Shown here: positions 12,623 through 25,043 of the stretch, one piece after another | How the letters are laid out: every line of letters begins with the position of its first letter | Numbering within the stretch: position 1 is the first letter of the stretch | Assembly: GCA_951406725.2 (NCBI GenBank) | Contig: OX597820.1 | Coordinates: forward strand, 29,698,001-29,762,000 | Source of the DNA: Octopus vulgaris | Taxonomy: Eukaryota | Length of the DNA stretch: 64,000 nucleotides | Direction of reading: 5' to 3' | Position numbers and translations under genes: made by a program | The notes under the pieces: generated by a model | Told to the model about the DNA's origin: nothing | What the model saw: only the letters and a program-made list of their open reading frames with translations | Database searches by the model: none

Positions 12623-15600
12623 ACTACTCTTTCTTACCTCCCCTGAGCGTCTTATTAATACTTTGCATGTACCAAGTCCTCGCGTTGTTGTTTTGCTCGT
12701 CTTTTTTACTTTCTTTTATTAATCATATGTGTGTATGTGTGGCTGTATGTGTGTGTGCGTGTGTGTGTATCTATGTGTGTGTGTCTTTGTGTCTGTGTTT
12801 GTCCCCGCCATCACCGCTTGACAACCGGTATTGGTGTGCTTTCGTCCCCGTAACTTAGGGGCTAAGGAAGAGACCGATAGAATAAGTACTAGGCTTAAAA
12901 AACTATGACTCCTGTAAGTCAATTTGTACGACTAAAACCCTTCAAGGTGTTGCCCCAGCATGGCAGCAGTCAAATGACTGAAACAAGTAAAAGAATAGCA
13001 TAACTAAATAACTAAATAAATAATGAATGGCTAATTGTTGCAAGAGAGCAGGTTTTTCAGCCGATAGTAGTTTGCTTACGAACAGATTAATTCTGATTAA
13101 ACATGCTCTGACAAGACCAAAGATACCGCACAGTTGTCAATCTTTCCAATAAAAGAAAGGAAATATGTTGATCTAGTTACAGATCTTCGTCGTTTTGAAA
13201 GCGCTTTGCGAATGATATACATTTCCCAAGTTCATGAATACTTAAGCGGGTCTAATGTTAGATTTGTAGAGATCTATAGATATCTAACCAATGTATTTAT
13301 GGCATGGTAGTCACGAACTCTCCTGTCGTAGACGACAGATGAGGGTCCTGAAATTTCTTGCTGACTAACGTGCACAGATGATATGCTTACGGTGATCAAA
13401 TGTTTGTACTGAACATAACCTCACTTCTTCCAGCAAATCGACATTGCCTGTACAGGTGCACGGTGTGCCACGCGTCACATGTCCAAGTGATTGCAAAGCG
13501 ATGCGAAATGATGTGTTTTGCTCAAGAAAAACAACACATCGACCGGTTCGGGAATCGAAACAGCGATCTCGCGAGCGAAAGTGCAACGCCTTAATTACTA
13601 GGCCACGCACCATCATTGTATAGTGATACATGCAATTAAAACAGGATCTAAGAGAGAAATCCATATCTGTGGCAAAGTCGATGACATAAACAGTTTTATT
13701 AAAACAACTCCAGTAGATGATATCCCAGGAAATAGAAAAAAGAAAAAGCCGTACTATGGAAAAGATGTAACACATTGGTGCAGATATGGTGGTGCGGTAA
13801 ACAGTTTGCTTCCAAACCACATGGCTCCCAGTTCGACCCCAATGTGTGGACCTTGAGAAAATGTCTTCTACTATAACCTCTAGCCGACCATAGCCTTGCG
13901 AGTGGATTTGGCAGATGGAAACTGAAAGAAACCTGTCGTATACACACACACACACACACACATCAGGGACGTGCCATCTAGGTAGGCGATAGCAACATTT
14001 TCCTTTTTTGCCTCTAAAACCACATTAATGTGGTTTTAGAGTCAAGTTTTGACTGCTATTTCCAGCGTGGTAGTATCTCTTAGATACCCTAAATTATTAA
14101 TTTAAATAATTATTACCTTTGAAGGTTTTTATTCCCATGCAGGTCACCTGATAAGATCGGTATTTAAATATCGATCTTATCCTTATATATATATATATAT
14201 ATACGACGGGCTTCTTTCAGTTTCCCTCTACTAAATTCACTCACAATGCTTTGGTCGGCCCGAGGCTATTAGCAAAAGCATGGTACGTGCTTTTGCTGTT
14301 TCGTTTATTTATAAATACAGTCGTTTGTTATACTTCGTGAATCTACTGATACAGACTAATAGCCACAGATACGGATCAATAGAGGACTGACCAATGTATT
14401 ACGTTACAGATTACCTCCTTTTGGAACGAAAGGACACATTAGAGAGAAACAGTGGAGAGAGAGAGAGAGAGAGAGAGTGCTTGTGGAAGAGACAGAGAGA
14501 AAGAGGAAGCGGGGATGAGGGAGGTAGCCAATGGTAGTTCAATTCTTTACATCCTTAAGATGGAAGGCGTGAGGTTAGTACAACAACTCAAACACCAAGA
14601 CTCACAATCCGAATAAATTGGTAAAAATTTGTGTCGGCAAGTAATAGTACACAACAGTCAACCTTTTAACCTTATTTGTCTCAGCACGGGTCTAGTGCCA
14701 AGATAAACAGAACGAGAATAAACGTCCTTTAACTAGGTTATCATGTCCATTCTTGTACTAACGTTCTTAATGATTAAGCATTCGCTACTATGGCCATGTG
14801 AATTAAATAGTCCAGATTAGGGTATTGTATAAATTAATTTGTGACGAAAATTTTGACACCAAATAATAAGTGTTTAAGTAAAGTTAATCAGTTTTCGTGC
14901 GCTTTTTGAATGGTTAAAATGAGTCTTCTACGCTGTAATTGTTTTAGTTTCAACACACAGTCTTAGAATAAATCACTTTCCAGACAGGTGCACCACCGAA
15001 GTTACTGATCTCTGACTACACAAATGAGAAGAAAACACGCACACACACACACATGACCAAAGAAATGGTTGACCTGTAATCCAAGAACATTTGGTGAAAC
15101 TAAAGATTGGTTTCAAATTTTGGCACAAGGCCAGCTTTTTCGGTGTAAGGGGGATAGTCGATTGTATCGACCTCAGTATTCAACTGGTACTTATTTTATC
15201 GATCACAAAAGGATGAAAGGCAAAGTTGACCTTGGCGGAATTTGAACTTAGAATGTAAAGACAGGCGAAATGCCGCTAAGCATTTTGTCCGATACACTGA
15301 GGATTTTGCCAGCTCGCCGCCATACCAAAGATTATATATTAAGGGTAATGAACATCTAGATGGAAAAGAAAAGAAAAACAGGAAGTTGTCCAAGTTTCCG
15401 TGGGTGATGGCCATCGAAAGAGGAACGGTGGTTGATGATGAAGAGCCTAATGTTACTTCCAGTTGAAAGGATTTATTCTTCATGTACTCGGGTTCACGGA
15501 ATGTTGTGGTGAAAGAATTGCTGGGTGGTCCATGTTTACGTCTCTCCTTTTCTGAGCCATCCAGGGAGACGATTCTGGGAACGAGTTAAAAAATTGACCC

Positions 15601-16036
15601 CAGAAATTGTTAGCTTCGCAAAAGCTAAACCGCTAGACAGGTAAAAAGAAATTAGCGGGAGCTAACGATACCTGGTAACCGCTAACTTTATCATAGGAAT
15701 TTAGTTTCGGGGCTTTAAAACCCCTAAAAACAAACCTAGAGAGATGACATTTTCATATTGTAGCTTAGACATAGAGCTTTCCAAAAAGGTATAGCATGTT
15801 AAAGGTGTACGCAAATAATTAAAGGAACAAATGAAATTAAACATTAGTTCTTCACTCAACACACTTTATTTACTGTACAAAAAATGTTAAACGAATCAAA
15901 AAGGTATAGCATAGGTATCATGCCAAGGTCAGATGATGATCAAGATGTACTACTCTTTCTTCATCTCCTTTTTCCTTTACTCCTGTCCTCTATGTCGTCA
16001 TTTCATTAATCTATACCCTTCTCATTTTCCTTGTTT

Positions 16037-16092
16037 GTCTCTGATGACAGAATATCCCATACTCTGGGATATCCCAGAAACAGCTGTAAGAC
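16037..16092 (+). ncRNA. Hammerhead motif upstream of (TA)n
   Basis: GTCT-CTGATGA-...ATATCCCA(TACTC)TGGGATAT...-GAAA-CAGCTG-TA-AGAC. Confidence 0.78.
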
Positions 16093-16174
16093 TTTGAATT
16101 TTTTTCCAATAATAATAATAATGTATATGACCTGAGATGTTTGCCTTGCCTTAACGTTTGTTGTCCTTTTTAAC

Positions 16175-16176
<2 letters not shown>

Positions 16177-16215
<39 letters not shown>

Positions 16216-16240
16216 GAGAAAGAGTGAGAGAGAGAGATAA

Positions 16241-16315
<75 letters not shown>
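16177..16315. repeat. Compound microsatellite (TA)n/(GA)n/(GATA)n; representative of many others, e.g. 2283-2396, 11567-11704, 16624-16782, 32898-33002, 58940-58996
   Basis: Direct inspection. Confidence 0.95.
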
Positions 16316-16317
<2 letters not shown>

Positions 16318-16623
16318 TCAAATATGAAATTAGAAGCAACGTTAGTGTTGTAAACATTATTGACCATATTTGTTCGCTTATTTTCTGGTGGGCTGCGTCG
16401 TTTCCCTCAAATCGCCGAGCGTTAGAATACGTGAAAGTCATAGACAGGCGAGACAACTCACCCCAAATCCCATTCAGGACCGATGGACATTGATGCTTCG
16501 CCATTTTTGTGGCTTATCAACATCACATACCTGAACCGAATCGGAGGCGAACTGAATCACCCAGTCTATGACTATTTACAAATAGGATGTAAACCATTTG
16601 CTCGAATGCTACTATGATGAATA

Positions 16624-16784
<161 letters not shown>

Positions 16785-17047
16785 AACAGTTGCTCACATC
16801 AGCGGAGCAACTAACCTCTATGACTGTACATGAATTTTCTGTTGGGTCCCAAATGAATATATAATGTCTCTTTGTACTTCGTAGAGGTTTTGGTGGGAAT
16901 GTTCCACCAATATCCCTTTATGTATGTATGTATGTATGGATGTATGTAAGCATGCATGCTTACATATGTGTATCCATATACTTAGCCCTCTGAATATTGG
17001 AACGCTAGGCACTTCTTTATTTGCTCTCTTTGTTTATTTCTGTGTTC

Positions 17048-17084
17048 CTTTCTTGTCGAAGAGCGTAGGCTCGAAAGGTTAAAG
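17048..17084 (+). ncRNA. Degenerate hammerhead motif, same family as 51678-51713
   Basis: CTTT-CTTGTCGA-A-GAGC(GTAG)GCTC-GAAA-GG-TT-AAAG. The element ends in (TA)n at about 17164. Confidence 0.5.
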
Positions 17085-17285
17085 ACTTTTTCACTTCCCG
17101 AACGTTAAACTAATATATCTGTTTGTTGTCTATACCATCTTTCTTTTTTTTGTGAATCCTCCCTATATATACATATATATATATATAGTTAATCCAAACA
17201 AGAAAGCACAAAAAAACACAACAACGCGAGGACGTGGAACAAATATAGTATTATTGGACGCTCAGGAAAGAAGGAAAGAAGGAGG

Positions 17286-17320
17286 GTTTAACGTTTCGAG
17301 CGGAGCTCTTCGTCGGAAAC
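17286..17320 (-). ncRNA. Hammerhead motif, CCGACGA core variant
   Basis: GTTT-CCGACGA-A-GAGC(TCC)GCTC-GAAA-CG-TT-AAAC, in an element at about 17188-17375 whose 3' end joins (TA)n. Confidence 0.72.
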
Positions 17321-17395
17321 ATAGGAGAAGGAAAGATCCAGAGAAGGGAAGACAGAGGGGTACACACGAGGTCCACACACACACACACATATATA

Positions 17396-17459
<64 letters not shown>

Positions 17460-17487
17460 ATATGTGTGTGTGTGTGTGTGTGTGGTG

Positions 17488-17716
17488 TATACTTTATTTA
17501 AAAGCAGCAGAAATAAAACAAAAGCTGTTACTCAGTTTCACGTTCCCGTTCGTCGGACAGTTTTGTTAACATAACTGTCCGACGAACGGGAACGTGAAAC
17601 TCTGAGTAACAGCTTTTGTTTTATTTCTGCTGCTTTTAAATAAAGCATATTACTCTACCTCTGGTATTTGAGTACTCTCTTTTCCACCTTGTCTCACATT
17701 TATGTGCTTACTCCGG
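17488..17716 (+). mobile_element. Fold-back element with an HHR in both arms
   Basis: Arms at 17488-17562 and 17573-17649. The right arm extends to 17716 and then (TA)n. Confidence 0.8.
17575..17612 (+). ncRNA. Hammerhead motif (CCGACGA core, GNRA-capped stem II)
   Basis: CTGT-CCGACGA-ACG(GGAA)CGT-GAAA-CTCTGAG-TA-ACAG. The inverted copy at 17525-17560 lacks 2 nt of stem III. Confidence 0.75.
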
Positions 17717-17729
17717 TATATATATATAT

Positions 17730-17768
<39 letters not shown>

Positions 17769-17785
17769 CAGACAGACAGACAGAC

Positions 17786-17850
<65 letters not shown>

Positions 17851-18098
17851 TATAGATAGGTAATATATATCCAATCAAATGCTTCCGTTTTGTTTTCATT
17901 ATCATAATATAAACGGTTTCTTGTTTCAGTCTTCAGATTTTGTTTGATAATAATCAGTGTTGTGAAATTCGAAGTTAGGGAAATTTGAACTTCCAGCTGA
18001 ATAAATATGTTTTGATGCTCTACATTTCAGTACCGAGCGCGCCCTTTTGCCCTTCATGCCTACTGTGAAGAAGTTATTTGCATTCAAGTATCCACTCA

Positions 18099-18167
<69 letters not shown>

Positions 18168-18279
18168 ATATACAGACAGATAGACAGACACATTCACACG
18201 TAAGTATGTACTTATATACACGGGGGTCTCTCGAGTCCGATAAAGACGATTCTGCAATTTCTTGCTGATCAAACCGGCA

Positions 18280-18520
18280 AAGATGATTTGTTTTTGGTGA
18301 TCAAACGTTCGAGCAACAATATTTTCTCACACCTTTTATCGAACTGATTACTACCTGGTCAGGTGCACGGTGTGCCACACATCAGACGTCGAAGTGATCG
18401 CAGATCTGGATGAGATGAAGTGTTTTGGTCAAGAATACAATATATCGCCCGGTCCGGGGATCGAACCCACGATCTCACGATCGTGAGTGCAATCCTTAAC
18501 AACTATGCCATGCGACCTCA
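18280..18520 (-). mobile_element. tRNA-derived SINE family D; copies at 13360-13612 and 26400-26712
   Basis: Minus-strand head GGCATAGTTGTTAAGG...GGGTTCGATCCCCGGACCGGG. Confidence 0.65.
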
Positions 18521-19089
18521 CATGCGTGGTACATACATACAAACATACATATAAACATACATACATGCATGCATACGTACACATGTATACATTCATACTT
18601 ACATACACACGCATATATGCATACATACATACCTACATATATTCACATGCATACATATATGCATGCATATATACATACATCATGCATGCATGCATGCATA
18701 CATACATACACATGCGTACATACATGCATGTATACATACATACATTCATAATGCATACATGCATACATATATGTCTGAGAATGGGATATGCAAGCAGAGC
18801 CAAACGGTTATGTGCAAACCAGTTCGAGATTTTTCGATAAAGACTTGCAGTTCCTCATGCAGGCAATCTGTTCTATCTAAAGAAAAGGCTGCTGATTTGA
18901 ACCGATACAGTTCGATACTAGTGACGTCGGAGACAAGCTTGCCAGAACGCAAAGAACCGAAACGGATATTACGAGGCATTTCGCCCGGCCACCCCGAGCA
19001 GTTCCGCCAATCGTTCACTCTGTGTTAGCACTACATCTAACAGTGGAAGCCTTGGTTCAAGAATTCAAGTGTTTTCAGTGGTGTAGAAC

Positions 19090-19530
19090 CACTTCTTAGC
19101 TACTATTGTTTCCAGGTTTACTCTGACCCGAAGTTGTAGCACCTGTCTGGGTCCCAGCTATTGGTTAATAGGTCAGTCGGGCAGATGGAGCTCGTTATCC
19201 TGGGGTGAGGGTGGGGTGGAAACTCATCTAAAGGTAGGAAAACCCTGATTCCAAACCTTCGCTGCTTTACGGTTGCGGCCATACCCAGCGATGGGAAAGG
19301 CTTCGGGAGTAAACCTTGAAGGAAAATCGGGAGTCGGAGCCCCTGGGGGAGTTCCACGTTGTCTACAACCTCACTCTGGTAACTCCTGCGACGACGCAGC
19401 TGCCAAATTGTAACGGTCGTGCTGTTTTTTTTTATCCATCGGTGACGTAGAGAAGTGGGTGGGGGCATATATACTATACTGTCCGGGCTTGGATCCTTTG
19501 AATGCCCTTTACTGGAGAGACTGATGAAAG
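19090..19530 (+). mobile_element. RTE-type LINE 5' UTR-like fragment
   Basis: GGAAAACCCTGATTCCAAACC...GCGGCCATACCCAG...GGGAAAGGCTTCGGGAGT resembles RTE 5' regions, recognised from memory only. Confidence 0.4.
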
Positions 19531-20342
19531 CAGCGGGAGAAAGAGGAATTCCACAGAAGAGGTGTTGAAAAGTCCCTGACTTCGAGGGTGTCGCGAAATG
19601 CCTGACTGGAGGGCTCAACCTTCCGAGTTCTTTTACAGGGCTCAAAAAATAACCGAAACACCGCTGCAATAAGTGTGTGAATCTGAGAGGGAAATGTGTC
19701 GAATAAAATCATAATTAACTGATCCTCCTGGATTTTTTTTTCTTTTACCCAAAGCTAGAAACTTTTCAGCCCTCCCCACTCGTATAACTTAAGCCTACTA
19801 GCGTGGCTTATGTGACGGAGACTGCCGTTCGAGTGTCGGACTGTTCAGCCACAGACAACATTGTTCAAGAAGGCGAGCGCCTAGGGTCTTTATCCATGGT
19901 CATTAATGACAGACGGAGGCCATAGAAGATTGGCACTTTTCTTTTATATTATTTCCCACGAAAGGGTGAGAGGCAAAGTAGACCTCGTCGGGAAATGAAC
20001 TTAGAGCGCAATGAATAGCAACAAATATTGCTTGGCATTCTTATCCAACACTCTAACACCTTGCCTCTTTGTAAGGATAAGAAGGATAGCTAGGGGTACG
20101 TTGGATAATATAGGCCTAGATAGACTATGCTTTTTAAAGCAAAGGATGGAATAGTCCCGCAGTAAGCTTGACATTGGTTGTCGGTCTGCTGGATCCAGAG
20201 CTGGGAATAAACAGCTGTTACTGCTGCTGCTACTACTAACACCACTATAACCACCACACTACCAATACTACTAACACCTCTATCACCAACACCACTACAA
20301 CTACTACTACTGCCACCACCACCACCACCACTACTACTACTG

Positions 20343-20374
<32 letters not shown>

Positions 20375-20559
20375 GCCACCACCAGTAGTAGTAGTAGTAG
20401 TAGTAGTGGGTGAGTGCGCTTACATCTATTTCCGTTGCCCATTTCACTTCGTTTATACAAGAAATGTTCTTTTGGATACGGTGACTGACGTCAAACCTCG
20501 TACTTGCCTTCCTCTTTACACAAGTTGATTATTTCGTTGATACAAAGTCTTCGTTGCCA

Positions 20560-21570
20560 AATGTCAGACAGTTGGCCTCTATTTAAAGCAACGGAATGTG
20601 GGTATGTAAATATTTATCCTGATATCAGTACTTCTCTGTGGCATGGACACTGGAACAAGAAACTTGAAAAGACGTTTGATGGTAAATATATGAGAATGCT
20701 TCGTGTAGTTCTCAGTCTTTCTAAGAAGGCTCGCAAGGACGCCGGGCAAAATGTTGAGCGACATTTCGTCCGTCTTTACGTTCTGAGTTTGAATTTCGCC
20801 AAGATCGACTTTACCTTTTATCCTTTCGGGGTTGATTTAATTGACTTACCCCGTCCCCCGAAATCGCTGATCTTGTGCCCAAATTTGAAAGGTGGCGAGC
20901 AAGCAAAATCGTTAGAACGCCTGGCCAAATACTTAGGGGTATTTCGTCTGCCGTTACGTTCTGAGGTCAAATTCCGCCGAGGTCGACTTTGCCTTTCATC
21001 CTTTCAGGGTCGATTAAATAAGTATCAGTTACGCACTGGGCTCGATATAATCGATTCAATCCGTTTGTCTGTCTTTGTTTGTCCTCTCTGTGTTTAGCCC
21101 CTTGTGGGTAGTAAAGAAGTAGGTATTTCGTCTGTCTTTGCACTCTGAGTTAAAATTCCATCGAGGTCGACTTTGCCCTTCATCCACTCGGAGTCGATAA
21201 AATAAGTACCAGTCGAGCACTGGGGTTGATGTAATCGGCTTACCCTGTCCCTTCGAAATTGTTGGCCTTGCGCCAAAATTTGAAATCTTTCTTAGCAGCA
21301 ACTCCTACAAAGCAGCGACTGTATGACAGTCTACCTATCCTCACCCCGTAATCAGAGAAACAACACATTATGCAGGACACCGTTGGAGATGCAAGGATGA
21401 AATAACCAGCGATCGCCTCCTCTAGCTATCCACACACCGGGACATACAAGTACCAGCACACCAAGTAGAGCGTATATCGATCAACATATGGGATATACTG
21501 GATATTAGGCTGGAAATATGAAGGGCTGTTATCGGACATCGGGATATCTGGAAGAGTTGCATTGGCCAAG
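20560..21570 (+). mobile_element. RTE-like LINE 3' fragments split by SINE insertions (20730-21290)
   Basis: LEKTFDGKYMRMLRVVL, then HYAGHRWRCKDEITSD and RAYIDQ remnants. Confidence 0.6.
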
Positions 21571-24427
21571 GCAAGTCGCTCGACTGGCTAGATAGCTAGC
21601 TAGCTAGCTAGATAGATAGATCCCGTTAGTCAAGTGTGCGCATGCACACACACGAACACACATACATACACAAAGTACAAGCAGTTAATTAGTGCGGGTT
21701 TTTTTTCTTTTTGCTTGTCTGTGTATAAAATACCAAATTGTTCTAACATAATGCACTAAATATAGAATAAAATAGTATTAATACTATTTACAATTGCAGG
21801 AAAGCTAACTATATATAGAGTATATTGAGAGAATATGAAGTATTATATAATTTCCGAAAGCACTTTTCTGGTCACCCACACAACTATTAAACAACAACAA
21901 TGAGAATAACATTACATTTAGTAAAAGTAACATCTGTAGTTGTTCCAGAACAATGGCTGAATCCAAAACTGACAATCAGGCCTACATACGGTGTCATGTG
22001 AACATACGAATGTGTGCTAAACAAAGACACGTTAAGTGACCAACTAACCTCGAGTTAAATCTAAATTGCTGCCCTATTGTCAACGAACATTGCAGATCTG
22101 TGGCGAAATTTAGGTGAGTCGAGTCTCCGGTACAGTTTCGATTCCCATCAAGGAAAGAAAGGTACGATTTTAGTTTCAAAATTTGGAACAAGGCCTGCGA
22201 TTTGGAGGAAGCGATGAGTCGATTACATCGATTTCCAGTCCTTGACTGATACTGATACTTATTTTATCGACCCCGAAAGGATGAAAGGTGAAGTCAACGT
22301 CGGCGGAATTTGAACTCAGAACATAAAGACAGACGAAATGCCGCTAAGCGTTTCTACCCGGTATGCTACAGATTCTGCCAGCTTACCGCCTTAAATACGA
22401 CCATATAATGAAATTTAACTTAAAATATTTTCCATAAACATTTTCTTTCGTACATTATTTACAATTGACGGATACGTTTAAGGAAATAAAAAATAATTTG
22501 GTCAGAAGAGACCAACATCATCTTTTTTGTAATGGCCTACCTTTGGTTGATTTTATTCTTAACATTTACACCTGTCCAACAAATATATAATTTTATATAT
22601 CCTTCCATATCCATAGCCCACGTGTATGTTAAAAAAGCTCGTTTTGCAGCCACGCGGTTTCAGGTTCAGTCGCACTGCCTGTGGAACCTTGAGCAAGTGT
22701 CTTCTATACCCTCGGGCTGATCAATGCTTCGTGAGTGAATTTGGTAGACAGAAACTGTGAGGAAACCTGCCGTATGTGTGTACAGATGCGCGTATATGTA
22801 TAGTCTGCGTTTATGTTGTCTCCTACTGTATCACAACCGGTGTTTATCTGGTTACGTCGTTGGTTAAAATCAAATACAGGAAGATCAGTTAATTACGATT
22901 TTATTTTACATATTCTCCTCGCAGATTCACACGCTTATTGCAGCGGTCCTTCCGTTTTTCTAAAACTGTAAAAGAACTCGAAAGTTAGGGCCTCCACCCA
23001 AGCCTTTCGTGACACCCTTTTCAGCATCTTCTCGTATATATATATCACATATTGTATCGTACTATAATAACATCACTACCTTCATTTCCATCGCAAGTAA
23101 CACTTCTACTTATGTAAGCAAAACCATAACAAACTGTGGCACACAACACTATATAAAAGCCTCCAAAAGCACACGAAAGATGAGCGTAACCAATGGGTTC
23201 GAAGATAAGTGATTTCTGTCTCTGCCACGATGATATGAAAAAAGGGGACTGTCCAGCCCTTCGATTTGCTAAATATCATTCAAAAATTAACTTCCTACCG
23301 TCTTAAAGAACGGACAATGTTTGTATGCGAATATATTTTATATATATTCCATCCCTATGTATGTATACAAATGCGTGCGTTCGTGTTTGGTTGAACAAAC
23401 ATGATAAATAGAACTCAATACATAAATACACACGCACACACATCTTAACCAGTAAAAAACTTGTTTAATAAGTACTATGCACGAAACTTATAGCCTTTGA
23501 GTCACTTTTATAACTTTCTGCCGATTAAAAATTATGCATGCATGTACGTGTGTATTCTGGGCTACGTTTCTGAAAGTTTTGCGTTGATTTTATGAAATCG
23601 ATTTGGCAACATTGTTAGAGAGTCTTTGATAGTGAACCAACGTTTCTTGGATTTATATTTTACAAGTGGCGATATAACTTATTAACTTCAAGAAAGAGGC
23701 AACCAAGAAGTGACTGAGTGGAGTGAGATTTTCTCAAGAACATCCACAATACAAGCAATGTGAAACATGTTACAATGTTTCTTCCAACTTCGTTATTATA
23801 CACGAGAGAACAAATGATCGCTTACGTAGTTACTCGGCCTACAAGAAATAGCTGCCAAATTCCTTCAAATATGCCTGACCGTCTTAAAAGAAAAATAGCA
23901 ACAAAGTACGCATTAGGCAATGTAGTTTCTGAAAGCTAAAACACGGTTGGAAGACTTGATTATTGGTTCCTTTAGGTGTTACATAATAGGCGTTCTTTTC
24001 GTGCATCTTCCAGAAATTGTGCTGTTCACACCATTTTTCAATTTTTTTTTTTCGAAATACTTTCTCGTTTCATTAATGGCAGCTCCCGATAGACAAACAC
24101 CCTTAATGTATGGATGATTAAAGAAATAGTGAATAAAGATTCGATTTGGACACGAAATAAGGTCGACAAACCAAGAGTTAAACAATAACAATCACATAGG
24201 CATATTATAAAACGAGCTTTGGATTACGGAAAACGAGATTTAAAAAAAAAAAAAACCCTGCGTGATTGTGGTAAGAAGCTTGCTTCCCAACGACGCGGTC
24301 TTGGGTTCAGCTCTACTGCTCAGCCCCGTGGGCAAGTGTCTTCCACTATAGCTCCAGGCCGACAAAAGCCTTGGGTGCGGATTTGGTAGACTGAAACTAG
24401 CTAGTCGAGCACGTGCATGTATGTATG

Positions 24428-24458
<31 letters not shown>

Positions 24459-24789
24459 GAGTGTGCGTGTTCGTGTTTGAACCCCACCACTGCTTGACAA
24501 CCGGTGTTGGTTTGTTTATGCTCCCATAACTTACCGGTTCGGCAAAAAGAGACCTTATGCTATCGTTCTATTTTTACCGAACTGCTAAGAACCAGGCTTT
24601 AAAAAATAAGTACTAGAGTTGGTTTGTTCGACTAAACCTTTCGAGACGGTGGCCCCAGCATGGAAACGGTCCGAATACTGAGACAAGTAAAAGATATCGT
24701 CGTATAAGATGCATCGGTGACGCCACACAGACAAGGAATCGCCTGATGTTTACAGTCATCCCCACTAATGACTTAACTGTATACTACAC

Positions 24790-25043
24790 CAGTACTTCTC
24801 AAAGTAGAGGTCCGCGAGCCATCATCAACTGCCGGTACGCGGCGAGTTTCCAGAAAAGTAACGTAAAATGCTTATGTCATATCGTATTTGTTTACAAAAT
24901 AAATACACGATAAAAAAATTTAAAAATTGCCAACTTGTATTGTATTCATTATACATATTGTTTCCGGTATAAATATTACCGGTCCCTGTCACATCGGGGA
25001 GAAAAAAAACTGCCGGTACGCCACATCAGTTTGAGAAGCAATG
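24790..25043. mobile_element. hAT-type MITE
   Basis: TIRs CAGTACTTCTCAAA and TTTGAGAAGCAATG. 8-bp TSD TACTACAC at 24782-24789 and 25044-25051. Confidence 0.8.

Noticed and set aside
19090-19300. Possible HDV-like ribozyme at the RTE-like 5' end
   Set aside because: Plausible for RTE elements in general, but I could not assemble the double pseudoknot by eye.
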